Assembly: GCA_963749705.1 (NCBI GenBank)
Contig: CAVVNQ010000003.1
Coordinates: 256,001-320,000 of the forward strand
Length of the DNA: 64,000 nt
DNA from: an uncultured Chloroflexia bacterium
GTDB taxonomy: Bacteria > Chloroflexota > Limnocylindria > Limnocylindrales > CSP1-4
Reading direction: 5' to 3'
A program made the translations under genes and the position numbers. Under the pieces are notes generated by a model. It searched no databases. It was not told where the DNA came from and was given only the letters and a program-made list of their open reading frames with translations. This document shows, one piece after another, positions 9,131 to 18,996 of the stretch (positions are counted from its first letter, which is position 1; every line of letters begins with the position of its first letter).

Positions 9131-10225
9131 ATGGCGCTCCGGGGCCTCCGATCCGCATTCAACCGCGGTGATACCAAGGGCACGGCAGGTGAGGGATCGG
9201 CCGACGGTGGGTCAGGCGTCCAGTGGGGCCCGCCCGCGGGCACGCTCGACACGCTCGCCGCAAAGTCCGGGACCACGCACGCGCCGGCGAACGAGCTCCC
9301 GGCATGGCTGCCGCAGCCGGCCGGTCAGCCGGCGGCCGGGCGATGGGCCCGCGGGGCCACCCGCGCTCCCGCGCCCGAGCTCGATCCGCCGACCGATGAG
9401 GACCGACGGCCCCTTGCCGCCGCCCGTGGATTCGGGCCCCAACCGAACGAGCTCGAGCCGCGCGAGGTTGCGGCGGCGCCCGGCGCGAACAGCCGCTTCG
9501 GCTTCCGATCCGACTCCCTCTCGGGTGCGCCCGCCGGCACGGGGGCACGCGCCGCCGGGCTTGCCGCCCACTGTCCCGGCTGCGGCGAGCCGATCGCGAA
9601 GGGAGCCCGCAGGTGCGCGTCGTGCGGACGACGGTTCATGCTCGGTGTGCCTGCCGGCAGGGCGTCGCTCCTGGTCGGCGCAGGCATGCTCGCCGGGCTC
9701 GTGGTCGGCGGGCTCGTGGTCGGGATCGCGTTGCCGCGCGACGCCGCCACGGCCGGTGTCGGGCCGGCGGCCAGCAATGCCGCACCGTCGTTCGTGCCGG
9801 TCTCCGCGAACGCGGCCGCGGCGCTGCGGGGGACGACCGCGCTCAATGGTCGGCTCGCGTCGGAGGCGGAACCGCTGAGCGCGGCGCTCGCCGAGACGTC
9901 GTTCCCGGTCCAGGACGTGGTCAAGGTGCTCCGCCGGATGAGCAGCGATGCCCGTGCGGCGACCGCGATGGTCGGGTCGCTCGCCGACTGGCCACAGGCC
10001 ACCAGCCACCAGACCCAGCTGCAGGCGTTCTACGATCAGCTGACCGGCGAGATCAACACCGGCCTGGGCGCGTCCGTGACGAGCGCGGACGCGTACAAGG
10101 GCTCGGCGCGAGCCATCCTCGCCACGCTCCGCAGCATCGTGGGCCTCGATGCGACGGCGCGCGAGCTCGCGGCGCAATCCGGGATCACCCTTCCCGAGGT
10201 CGCCATCCCGGCTGCCCTTCGCTGA
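9131..10225 (+). CDS. Hypothetical zinc-ribbon/TM protein
   Basis: GAGGGAG RBS; CPGC...CASC zinc ribbon, one TM, helical C-terminal domain. Confidence 0.7.
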   Translation: MALRGLRSAFNRGDTKGTAGEGSADGGSGVQWGPPAGTLDTLAAKSGTTHAPANELPAWLPQPAGQPAAGRWARGATRAPAPELDPPTDEDRRPLAAARGFGPQPNELEPREVAAAPGANSRFGFRSDSLSGAPAGTGARAAGLAAHCPGCGEPIAKGARRCASCGRRFMLGVPAGRASLLVGAGMLAGLVVGGLVVGIALPRDAATAGVGPAASNAAPSFVPVSANAAAALRGTTALNGRLASEAEPLSAALAETSFPVQDVVKVLRRMSSDARAATAMVGSLADWPQATSHQTQLQAFYDQLTGEINTGLGASVTSADAYKGSARAILATLRSIVGLDATARELAAQSGITLPEVAIPAALR

Positions 10226-10246
10226 CCGGGCAGCGACGTCCCCCGA

Positions 10247-11452
10247 TCACGGGCCGCCCATGTAGCCGGTCAGCTCCACGTAGGCCTGACCGCCGACCGG
10301 CTGGCCCGCCCGGCTCGCGGTGATCCGCTGGGATCCCTCCCAGTAGACGACCCCCGTCGTCGCCCGGGTGTCCAGCTCCTGGTCCGCTACCGTCGGCGCC
10401 AGGTCGACCCGGAGCCCGTGGTTCGGGATCGAGATCGACCAGCCCGCCGGGTACCTCGTCCCCGTGTGCGGGCTGGTCCAGGTGTTCGTGACGGCCACCG
10501 AGAAGTCGGATGCGGCAAGGTGCTCGGCTGACCCGGTCGCCGGCAGGTAGGTGCCATAGACCAGGGGGTACGTCCCGTCCGTGGCCCGCACGAGCGACAG
10601 CATGATGTCGGTCCCGTCGGCGAGGTTGATCGCGAACCAGTCCCATCCACCGGCCCCGACGGCGATGAAGTCGCCCCACTGGTGGTCGAACCACGCAGAG
10701 CCGCTGACCCGCAGCGTGCGATCGCCCACGGCGATCGTCCCGCTCGCGGCCATCGCCGTTCGGGACACGTAGTACGACCCGCCCGCCGCGCCGAAGTCGA
10801 TGTACCCATCGCCATCGTGGAGCGTCGGCGGGCGCGACGCCGTCAGCGACAGCGCCAGCCCGAACCCGGCTGCGGGATCGCCCTCGACCTCGTCGGGATC
10901 CGCAGCGGCCGTGAGCGCATCGACGCCGTCCCGGCCGGACATCACCCACGGCTCGCGTGCGACCGTCGATGAGCCGAGCGGGTCGACGCCACGGATCCGG
11001 AGGTCGAACCCCGGCTGCCCGCCCAAGCCACCAGCGGCATCCCCGTCCGCCTGGTCCACGTTGACCTGCGGCCCGACCTCCGCGCGTTGCGCGTAATGGA
11101 ACTCGCCCCCGCGCTCATCGGTCAGCGCCAGGTGCGACGCCCACGACACCGGAAAGCCGCCCCGCTCGGCCCGGAACACCACGAGCTCGAAGCCCCAGCT
11201 GCCGCCGGTGTCGTCGCGCAGGTGGCCGGTGTAGTACCACCACTCGGTCAGCCGATGGTGCGGCGCGTCGTCGGTGGGCAGGACGACGGGACGCGGGTCC
11301 GGCGGACCGGGCGTGGCGGTGGGTGACGGCGTCACCACCGGGTGGGCGGCCGGTGGGTTGGCCGCGATCGGACCGCCGCATCCGACGAGCGCTCCGAGGA
11401 TCACCACCACCGCCAACGGGCGAAGCCGGCCCATGCGATCCCGGCCGCTCAC
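10247..11452 (-). CDS. AttH/CrtC-like lipocalin-domain lipoprotein (hydroxyneurosporene synthase family)
   Basis: TEWWYYTGHL, SYYVS, AWFDHQW, GWDWFAINL, YWEG, YVELTGY; lipobox LVGC; GTGA overlap with the MMPL stop. Confidence 0.85.
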   Translation of the reverse strand: MSGRDRMGRLRPLAVVVILGALVGCGGPIAANPPAAHPVVTPSPTATPGPPDPRPVVLPTDDAPHHRLTEWWYYTGHLRDDTGGSWGFELVVFRAERGGFPVSWASHLALTDERGGEFHYAQRAEVGPQVNVDQADGDAAGGLGGQPGFDLRIRGVDPLGSSTVAREPWVMSGRDGVDALTAAADPDEVEGDPAAGFGLALSLTASRPPTLHDGDGYIDFGAAGGSYYVSRTAMAASGTIAVGDRTLRVSGSAWFDHQWGDFIAVGAGGWDWFAINLADGTDIMLSLVRATDGTYPLVYGTYLPATGSAEHLAASDFSVAVTNTWTSPHTGTRYPAGWSISIPNHGLRVDLAPTVADQELDTRATTGVVYWEGSQRITASRAGQPVGGQAYVELTGYMGGP

Positions 11453-13716
11453 CGGGCGCTCGCCTCGGCCTCGGCCTCGCTCGGCGGGAGCACGCCGCGC
11501 AGCGCCTCCTCGAGGCGTCGCGGCATCCACCAGTTCCAGCGGCCGAGCAGGCGCATCGTGGCCGGGACGAGGAGCGCCCGGACCACCGTGGCATCGAGCG
11601 CGACGGCGATCGCCACGCCCAGTCCGAGCGCCTTGATCAGCACCATGTCGGCGAACGCGAACGAACCGGCGACGACCACCACGACCAGCGCGGCCGAGCT
11701 CACGATCCGACCGCTGCGCTCGAGGCCGCTGGCGACGGCCTCGGTGTTATCGCCGGTCCGGACCCAGGCCTCCTTCATCCGGGTGAGCAGGAACACCTCA
11801 TAGTCCATCGACAGCCCGAACAGGACGCAGAACAGGATCACCGGCTGGGTGGTCTCGACGAAGCCGAGCGGCTGGAAGCCCAGGATCGCAGACAGGTTCC
11901 CGTCCTGGAAGATCCAGACCAGCGCGCCGAAGCTGGCCACGATCGAGAGCGTGTTCATCACCAGCGCCTTGATCGGCAGAACGATCGAGCGCAGCAGGAC
12001 GAACAGCACCAGGAACGTGCTGATGACGATGAACGCGGCCGTGCGCGGGAAGTCGCTCCACACCCGGGACACCACGTCGTCGACCTCGGCCGCCCCGCCG
12101 CCCACCAGGACCGACATTCCCGCCGGCGGGGCCAGGACGCTGGTCGGGTCGCGCAGCTCACGGACCAGGGCGCGGCCCTCCTCGCGATTGGGGCCGAACG
12201 GCGTGTACACGGTGAGCGCCGTGAGGTCGCCCGACGTCGTCGCCTGGAGCGTGGCGGCGACGAACCGGTCCGGCGGACCCGAGGGGGCCGAATACATGAG
12301 CTGGTACTGGGCGAGCGTCAGCCGTGGATCGACGTCGACCATGCCCGCCACGCGCGTGACCCGCGGGTCGGCGGCCAGGCGCCGCGAGTAGTCGAACAGC
12401 CGGGCGACGTTGGCCGGGCTCGTCGCGTCACCGGTGGTCCTCACGGCGATCACGAGCGGCGCGAACTCGCCCTCGCCGAACGTGCCGGCCAGGATGTCGT
12501 AGGCCTCGCGCGACGGCACGGACGGCGGCAGGATCGTCGCGTCGGGGGCGTTGAACCGGACGTGGAGGAACGGGACGCCGAGCACCACCAGGACGGCGAG
12601 CGTGGGGAGCAGGACCCGGACGGGCTGGCGCATCACGCGTCGTGCGAGGCGAGACCACGGGCCAGTGGCGCCGGGCTGGACCGTGACGCGTCGGACGGCG
12701 AGGAGGTCGATCCTCGGCCCGACGATGGCGAGGATCGCCGGCAGCAGGGTGAGCGCCGCCGCAACCGCCAGCCCGACCACGATCGCGCCGGCGATGCCGA
12801 CCGAGCGCAGGATCATGAACTCGAACAGCACCAGGCCCAGGAGGCCCAGCAGGACGGTGAGCCCCGAGAAGAACACCGCGCGGCCGGCCGTGGCGACGGT
12901 CACCCGGACCGCCTCGGCCACCCGATCGGGGCCGGTCCGACGCGCCAGCTCCTCGCGGAACCTGCTGGTCATCAGCAGCGAGTAGTCCACGCCCAGCCCC
13001 AGGCCGAGGAGCGTCGCCAGGTTGAGCACGAAGATGCTCATCGGCGTCAGCGAGGCGACGACGAAGATGCCGGCCAGCGCGACGAGCACGGCCGCACCGC
13101 CCACGGCGAGGGGGATGGCGGCGGCGATCACGGAGCCGAACACGAGCAGCAGCGCCAGCGCGGCCAGGGGCAGGCTGATGTACTCGCTGCGTCGGAGGTC
13201 GGTCTCGGTCACCGACTGGACGTCGCCATAGAATGCCGGGCCGCCCCCGATCCTGACGGTGAGGCCCGGGACCTGGTGCAGGCGCGCCTCGACGGGTGGG
13301 ATGGCGTCAGGCGAGTCGTCGGGCGGGAGGTCCAGGAACACGACGTCGTACGCGGTATGCCCGTCCGCTGAGACCTGGCCGGGCGTCAGCACGTGGCTCA
13401 GGATCCGGGTCACGTGCGGCGCCGTTGCGACATCGCGCGTCGCGGCCGCGACCGCGGCCGTCCAGCCGGGCGTGCCGGCGGTCAGGGTGTCCGACGTGTA
13501 CACGAGCACGAACGCCGATGGGTCGGTGCCGAGCTCTTCCTGGAGCACCTGTCGCGCACGCGCCGATTCGAGGTCATCGAGCGTGAACCCGCCGGCCGAC
13601 AGCACGCCCGGAGCCCGAGGGGCGAACGGCACGGCGAGCAGGATCAGCGCCGCCCACGCCGCGACGATCCACCAGCGGCGGCGGACCGCGAAGCGGCCGA
13701 GGCGATCAAAGGTCAT
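11449..13716 (-). CDS. MMPL/RND family transporter
   Basis: GLGVDYSLL..SRFREEL, FGLSMDYEVFLL.R, two 6-TM halves. Confidence 0.93.
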   Translation of the reverse strand: MTFDRLGRFAVRRRWWIVAAWAALILLAVPFAPRAPGVLSAGGFTLDDLESARARQVLQEELGTDPSAFVLVYTSDTLTAGTPGWTAAVAAATRDVATAPHVTRILSHVLTPGQVSADGHTAYDVVFLDLPPDDSPDAIPPVEARLHQVPGLTVRIGGGPAFYGDVQSVTETDLRRSEYISLPLAALALLLVFGSVIAAAIPLAVGGAAVLVALAGIFVVASLTPMSIFVLNLATLLGLGLGVDYSLLMTSRFREELARRTGPDRVAEAVRVTVATAGRAVFFSGLTVLLGLLGLVLFEFMILRSVGIAGAIVVGLAVAAALTLLPAILAIVGPRIDLLAVRRVTVQPGATGPWSRLARRVMRQPVRVLLPTLAVLVVLGVPFLHVRFNAPDATILPPSVPSREAYDILAGTFGEGEFAPLVIAVRTTGDATSPANVARLFDYSRRLAADPRVTRVAGMVDVDPRLTLAQYQLMYSAPSGPPDRFVAATLQATTSGDLTALTVYTPFGPNREEGRALVRELRDPTSVLAPPAGMSVLVGGGAAEVDDVVSRVWSDFPRTAAFIVISTFLVLFVLLRSIVLPIKALVMNTLSIVASFGALVWIFQDGNLSAILGFQPLGFVETTQPVILFCVLFGLSMDYEVFLLTRMKEAWVRTGDNTEAVASGLERSGRIVSSAALVVVVVAGSFAFADMVLIKALGLGVAIAVALDATVVRALLVPATMRLLGRWNWWMPRRLEEALRGVLPPSEAEAEASAR

Positions 13717-13936
13717 CGGTGGTCCCGTGCGGCGTGGGCACCCGGCGGGTCAGGGGTTCATGGCGGTGCAGACAACATGCGTTTGCCGGGTAGCATGTTA
13801 TCCCGTGACCGTCCGGCGTGCGCGATGCCACTCCCGGTGACACGATGCCTCCCGCGCGGCGCGTTCTGCTAGCATCCAGAAACCGCCATCCCGTCCCCCG
13901 TGACGCCAATTCGTTCTCCCGTCCGAGGACCTCCGC

Positions 13937-14272
13937 GTGACGATCTTCACGATCTGGTTCCAGAACTTCCCCAACAACCTGGTCATCCTCGTGGCCGCGA
14001 CGACCATCGCCGCCGGGTTCGTGTTCGTGTTCGCCCGTTCCGCCATGGTCGCCGAAGGGGGCCGGCAGGGATGGGTTCGCCGGATCACGGGTCCCAACGC
14101 CAAGCTGCTGTTCGCGACCCTGTTCGTCCTGTGGGCCGTGGTGTTCGGCGTCGGGCTGCAGCTGGTGCCGCACGAGGGCGCGAGCTCGCCGTACGGCGGC
14201 CTCGGGCTGATCGCGCTGTTCAGCGGCTTCTTCATCATGATGGGCCTGATCTGGAGCGTGATCGGCGACTAG
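13937..14272 (+). CDS. Small 3-TM hypothetical membrane protein
   Basis: GAGGA RBS, GTG start, strong GC3 codon bias, three hydrophobic helices. Confidence 0.7.
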   Translation: MTIFTIWFQNFPNNLVILVAATTIAAGFVFVFARSAMVAEGGRQGWVRRITGPNAKLLFATLFVLWAVVFGVGLQLVPHEGASSPYGGLGLIALFSGFFIMMGLIWSVIGD

Positions 14273-14298
14273 GCCACCTCGGCGGCAACGACACGGCA

Positions 14299-14322
14299 GA
14301 GGCCCGGCTTGCGCCGGGCCTC
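14299..14322. terminator. Hairpin between convergent genes
   Basis: GAGGCCCGGC-TTGC-GCCGGGCCTC perfect 10-bp stem. Confidence 0.6.
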
Positions 14323-14345
14323 GTGATTCCGGGCCGAGGGGGCCG

Positions 14346-15005
14346 TCAGGGAAGGGCTGCCACGATCGCCTCGAGCGTGGCCTGGTTGGCCAGGATCACC
14401 TCGAACGCGACATCGCCCTTGGTGTAGAGCACGCCGCCGCCCATGTCGGATCCGAGCGACAGCACCTGCTTGCCGGCCACCGTCGTCGGCGTGAGGTCCG
14501 AAGCTGATCCCCCGGCGAGCAGGTCGAGCGTCTTCGAGGCGTCCAGGCCCCGGATCTGGAGCGCGACCACGATCGCGGGCGAGGTCGGGCTCATCGCCGT
14601 GGCGATGGCCATCCGGACGTCGGCGAGCGTCTTGCCGTTGGCCGAGAGGATCGGGTCGAGGTCACCGGTATCGATGGGCACGCCGACGGCCGACGCGATG
14701 CTCGCCCCGTCGAACGACTGCTTGGTGAACGTCAGGCCGGCGACGGAGCTCGGCAGCATCGCCTCGAGGTCTCCCGCGGCGCCCGGCTGGAAGCTGACCT
14801 CGGGCCCGGACGGTGCCTCGGTTGCCGCCTCCTCGCTGGCGGCGGGCTCGCTCTGGCCGGCGTCCGCGGATGCTGCCGGCGCAGCGGAGGAGCCGGGCGT
14901 CGCGGTCGGTGAGGCGGCGGTCGGTGAGGCGGCCGACGAGCCGCAGGCGCCGACCACCAGCACCAGCCCGACGAGGCCTGCGAGCAGGCGTCGATCGATC
15001 GACAT
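14346..15005 (-). CDS. Hypothetical lipoprotein
   Basis: AGGAG RBS, MSIDRRLL signal, lipobox VGAC, Ser/Ala/Pro linker, DLEAMLP-led domain. Confidence 0.75.
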   Translation of the reverse strand: MSIDRRLLAGLVGLVLVVGACGSSAASPTAASPTATPGSSAAPAASADAGQSEPAASEEAATEAPSGPEVSFQPGAAGDLEAMLPSSVAGLTFTKQSFDGASIASAVGVPIDTGDLDPILSANGKTLADVRMAIATAMSPTSPAIVVALQIRGLDASKTLDLLAGGSASDLTPTTVAGKQVLSLGSDMGGGVLYTKGDVAFEVILANQATLEAIVAALP

Positions 15006-15200
15006 GGCATCACTCCTGCACGACATCGGGGAGAGATGGGTGACGACCGCGCGAGCCCCCGTACCCGGCGTGGCGGACGCCATCCTACCCCGTGGCCGCG
15101 CGGCCGCCCATGGACTCGCGCCGAGGTCTTCGCTATGATCGAACGCCATGCACTATGAATAGGTTCTATGCATTGCGGCGGGCGACGATGGAGGTGTTCG

Positions 15201-16772
15201 ATGGAGACTGAGGCGCGGGCGCAGCGGCCTGTCGGGCACCTGGCGGTGGGCGATGACGCCGCACCGTACGTCAACCACCGGGACCCCGCTCGACGGCTCG
15301 GACCCGACGGCAAGCTCGCGGTCAGCCGCCGGGCGCCGCGCTGGGAGGACGTGCCCGACGAGAAGTGGAACGACTGGCGCTGGCAGCTGTCGAACCGCGT
15401 CAACGACCTGGCCGACGTCGAGCAGATCCTGGAGCTGACGGACGAGGAGCGTGAGGGCCTGTCCGCGCCCGACAAGTTCCGGGTGGACGTCACGCCCTAC
15501 TTCATCAGCCTGATCGACCCCAGGGACCCGAACGACCCCATTCGCCGGCAGATCATCCCGCTTGGTCGCGAGGTGCGCTCGTTCACCGGGATGATGGAGG
15601 ACAGCCTCGCCGAGGACCGCCACTCGCCGGTCCCGGGCCTGGTCCACCGATATCCGGACCGTGTCCTGATGCTGATCACGACGCAGTGCGCGAGCTACTG
15701 CCGGTACTGCACGCGGAGCCGGATCGTCGGCGACCCGACGCAGAACTTCAACCGCAAGGAGCACGAGGCGCAGCTGGACTACATCCGGCGCACGCCGCAG
15801 ATCCGCGATGTCCTCATCTCGGGCGGGGATGGCCTCACGCTGGCGCCGAAGCTGCTCGAGTCCGCGATCCGCGGCCTGCGCGACATCCCGCACGTCGAGA
15901 TCATCCGGATCGGTTCCCGGGTCCCGGTGTTCCTGCCCCAGCGGATCGACGACGAGCTGTGTGAGATGCTCGCGCAGTACCACCCGCTGTGGCTGAACAT
16001 CCACGTCAACCACCCCAACGAGATCACGCCCGAGGTCGCCCGCGCCTGCGACAAGCTGAGCCGGGCCGGGATCCCGCTGGGCAACCAGTCCGTGCTGCTG
16101 GCGGGCATCAACGACTGCGTCCACATCCAGCGCGACCTCGTCCAGCGCCTCGTCGAGAACCGGGTTCGTCCGTACTACATCTACCAGTGCGACCTGGTCG
16201 AGGGCGCCGGGCACTTCCGGACGCCGGTCGGCAAGGGCCTGGAGATCATGGAGGGGCTTCGGGGCCACACGTCGGGCTACGCGGTGCCCCAGTACATCAT
16301 CGACGCGCCCGGCGGCGGCGGGAAGATCCCGGTCATGCCCAACTACATGGTCAGCTACTCGGACCACAAGGTGATCCTTCGCAACTACGAGGGGTACATC
16401 ACCACGTACGAGGAACCTGCCGAGTACACCCCCCACGACAGCTCGACGTGCAGCTTCTGCCAGAACCCCCGCCCGGAGCCGGGCCAGGAGGGGATCACAG
16501 CGTTGCTGGACGGCAAGCGGATGTGGATCGAGCCGGCGGGCTTCGAGCAGGTGCACGACCGGGGAGCGACCGAGACCCACCGCCTCAAGGACCCGTCGAA
16601 ATGGGTTCCCTACGGCGTCGGGGCGATCGAGGGCAGGCCTGCCGATGGCGGCCAGCTGCCGGTGCTCGAGTCGCTGGCCGGGGAGTCCGCGACGCGCGAG
16701 TTCGGTCCCGGCGAGGAGCCCCGCCCCGCTGACGGCCAGCCGTCGGCAACCGCGAACCACGAGCTGCTCTGA
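15201..16772 (+). CDS. kamA: Lysine 2,3-aminomutase (KamA/AblA radical SAM)
   Basis: WNDWRWQL, HRYPDRVL, CASYCRYC, ISGGD, GNQSVLL, DAPGGGGKIP; GGAGG RBS before ATG 15201. Confidence 0.92.
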   Translation: METEARAQRPVGHLAVGDDAAPYVNHRDPARRLGPDGKLAVSRRAPRWEDVPDEKWNDWRWQLSNRVNDLADVEQILELTDEEREGLSAPDKFRVDVTPYFISLIDPRDPNDPIRRQIIPLGREVRSFTGMMEDSLAEDRHSPVPGLVHRYPDRVLMLITTQCASYCRYCTRSRIVGDPTQNFNRKEHEAQLDYIRRTPQIRDVLISGGDGLTLAPKLLESAIRGLRDIPHVEIIRIGSRVPVFLPQRIDDELCEMLAQYHPLWLNIHVNHPNEITPEVARACDKLSRAGIPLGNQSVLLAGINDCVHIQRDLVQRLVENRVRPYYIYQCDLVEGAGHFRTPVGKGLEIMEGLRGHTSGYAVPQYIIDAPGGGGKIPVMPNYMVSYSDHKVILRNYEGYITTYEEPAEYTPHDSSTCSFCQNPRPEPGQEGITALLDGKRMWIEPAGFEQVHDRGATETHRLKDPSKWVPYGVGAIEGRPADGGQLPVLESLAGESATREFGPGEEPRPADGQPSATANHELL

Positions 16773-16826
16773 GGGTCCCCGACTCGACGGCGCCGCGCCG
16801 GGCCGGTCGCGCGACGCCTGGCGTGC

Positions 16827-17459
16827 CTAGAGGAGCTGGCGCCTGAGGGTGTCCGCCACCCAGTCGCGGAACGCCGCCGGCGTCCACCCGCGCTCCGTGA
16901 CCAGCCGCACGTACAGGCTCGGGTCGTTGAGCAGCCACACGACATCGGCCGCCGCCTCCGGATCCAGGCCCTCGCGGATCCCGCCACGTTCGATCGCGAA
17001 CCGGACGATGTTGGCGGCACCGACGCGTCGCTCGTCCTGGATCTTGTTCCACACCTGACGCACGTCGGCATCGGCGCCGGCGGCGCCACGGATGGCGTCC
17101 GTGATGGCACCGAGCCGGCCGGCCACGATGGCCACCAGGTCCGCGTACGCATCGAGCATCCCCTCCGCGGTGGTCGCGCGACGCACGGCCTGGGCCCAGG
17201 GTCGCTGCGGCATCGGCACCGGCTCGTCATCACCGACCAGGGCGACGTCGTAGGCGGTCTTGAGGAGCGTCGGCTTCCCGCCGACCGAGGTGAACACGGT
17301 GGCGCGGCTGACCCCGGCCGCCTGCGCGATCTCGTCGATCGAGGTCGCCACGAAGCCCTTCTCGACGAACAGCCGCGTGGCGGCGTCGATCACCTCGCGC
17401 CGTGTGGCCGCCGCCTGTGCGCGACGCAGCGGAGAGTCGTAGGCGCGGGTGCTTGACAT
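16827..17459 (-). CDS. TetR-family regulator
   Basis: RAYDSPLRR, LFVEKGFVATSIDEIAQAAGVSRATVF HTH. Confidence 0.9.
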   Translation of the reverse strand: MSSTRAYDSPLRRAQAAATRREVIDAATRLFVEKGFVATSIDEIAQAAGVSRATVFTSVGGKPTLLKTAYDVALVGDDEPVPMPQRPWAQAVRRATTAEGMLDAYADLVAIVAGRLGAITDAIRGAAGADADVRQVWNKIQDERRVGAANIVRFAIERGGIREGLDPEAAADVVWLLNDPSLYVRLVTERGWTPAAFRDWVADTLRRQLL

Positions 17460-17484
17460 CATCGCTAGAGTAGCAGTCAAACGA

Positions 17485-17501
17485 TCAGACTAACAGTCTG
17501 A
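17485..17501. promoter_or_regulatory. Candidate TetR operator TCAGACT-AAC-AGTCTGA
   Basis: Perfect 7-bp inverted repeat between divergent tetR and its presumed target operon. Confidence 0.7.
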
Positions 17502-17519
17502 CGAATATGCGAGGAGGCG

Positions 17520-17969
17520 ATGACCGCCATGACGTCCCCCGAAGCGCCGCTCGCCGCGATCGAGCGGCTCCGCTCGGCCATGAACGCGCACGATCTCGAG
17601 GCCCTGGTCGCCTGCTTCGCGGATGACTGCGTGAGCGAGCATCCCTGCCATCCCGACCGAAGCTTCGCGGGTGCCGACCAGGTCCGCCGAAACTGGACCC
17701 AGATCCTGGGAGGCGTCCCGGATCTCAAGGCCGCCCTCGTGTCGAGCCGCACCGACGACGATCGCGTGTGGTGCGAGTGGGAGTGGTCGGGAACCCGGCG
17801 AGACGGCGTGCCGCACCTCATGCGCGGAACGACGATCACCACCGTCGACGAGCGGGGATTGATCGCCAACACCCGCTTCTACATGGAACCGGTCATCCGC
17901 GACGGTGTCGACGTCGATTCGCAGATCCAGCGGGCCATGCAGGGCGGTGCGGCAGGGCCGGCGCGATGA
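17520..17969 (+). CDS. SnoaL/NTF2-like protein
   Basis: AMNAHDLEALVACFADD, HPDRSF.G..QVRRNW, WCEWEWSG, RFYMEPV. Confidence 0.85.
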   Translation: MTAMTSPEAPLAAIERLRSAMNAHDLEALVACFADDCVSEHPCHPDRSFAGADQVRRNWTQILGGVPDLKAALVSSRTDDDRVWCEWEWSGTRRDGVPHLMRGTTITTVDERGLIANTRFYMEPVIRDGVDVDSQIQRAMQGGAAGPAR

Positions 17970-18883
17970 TCGCGATCGCCGGTGGCACCGGCCGCCTGGG
18001 CGCCGAGCTTGCCGCGCGTCTGGTCGAACGTGGACTCCAGGTGCGCATCCTCGCCCGCGATCCGTCTCGCGTTCCGGAGCCGCTCCGCGGCCGGACCGAG
18101 GTCGTGCGCGCAGACGTTCGAGATCCGGCAACGCTGGCCGTGGCGCTCGAGGGCGCCGACACCGTGGTCTCGGCGATCACCGGCTTCGGGGGTCCGGGCG
18201 CCGCCGGAGCCCGGGCCGTCGACGGCGACGGAAACATCGCCCTGATCGATGCAGCGGAGGCCGCGGGCGCACGGCACTTCGTCCTGCTGTCCGTCCGGAG
18301 CGCGGCGCCCGACGCTCCGGTGCGGCTGTTCCGCGAGAAGCACCGGGCCGAGCAGCGGCTCGGTGCGTCCCGCATGACCGGGACCATCATCCGGCCGACG
18401 GCGTACATGGAGACGTGGCTCGACCTCATGGGCCTGCCGCTGGTCACCACCGGCAGGACGCGGATCTTCGGCCGCGGACGCAACCCCATGAACTTCGTGT
18501 CGGCGTCGGACGTCGCCGCCATCGCCGAGCTCGCGCTGACGGATCCCTCGCTGCAGGGAACCGTGATCGACGCGATCGGCCCCGAGAACCTGACCATGAA
18601 CGAGCTCGTCGAGACCGTCCGGCGCGTCACCGGTGCCGCCGGCCGCGTCGATCACGCAAGCCCGGGCATGATGCGCGTCCTGGCGGCGGTGCTGCGGTTC
18701 GCGAAGCCGATCCTCGCCGACCAGGTACGGGCGGGTCTGCTGATGGACACCGCGGACATGCGCGTCGATCCCCGGGACGGTCGCTCGCGGTTCCCGTCGG
18801 TCCCGATGACGACGCTCGAAGCCGTCGCGCGGCGCCGGCTCCCGCAGGCCGCCGGAGCCGCAACCGCTCCGACCCCCGGTTGA
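17966..18883 (+). CDS. NAD(P)H-binding NmrA/SDR-like oxidoreductase
   Basis: IAGGTGRLG Rossmann motif, IIRPTAYME; ATGA overlap. Confidence 0.85.
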   Translation: MIAIAGGTGRLGAELAARLVERGLQVRILARDPSRVPEPLRGRTEVVRADVRDPATLAVALEGADTVVSAITGFGGPGAAGARAVDGDGNIALIDAAEAAGARHFVLLSVRSAAPDAPVRLFREKHRAEQRLGASRMTGTIIRPTAYMETWLDLMGLPLVTTGRTRIFGRGRNPMNFVSASDVAAIAELALTDPSLQGTVIDAIGPENLTMNELVETVRRVTGAAGRVDHASPGMMRVLAAVLRFAKPILADQVRAGLLMDTADMRVDPRDGRSRFPSVPMTTLEAVARRRLPQAAGAATAPTPG

Positions 18884-18996
18884 CCGCAGGGAGGGACTCT
18901 CGCGGCACACAGGGATTCTCACGGGCGGCCCGCGTATGCTAGCCTTCCAATCCCGACCAATCCACTCGGATATGCGATGCCCACCCACCAGACCGC

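Noticed and set aside
11323-13371. Many long Arg/Pro/Gly-rich ORFs (e.g. 11323-13371 +, 15153-16760 -, 59129-61381 +)
   Set aside because: Antisense or alternate-frame shadows of real genes, expected at high GC
13717-13800. Cys-containing peptide (ACCLHRH) upstream of MMPL as a third Cys leader
   Set aside because: No nearby start codon in that frame, no RCAC core, and the downstream gene is not sulfur-related
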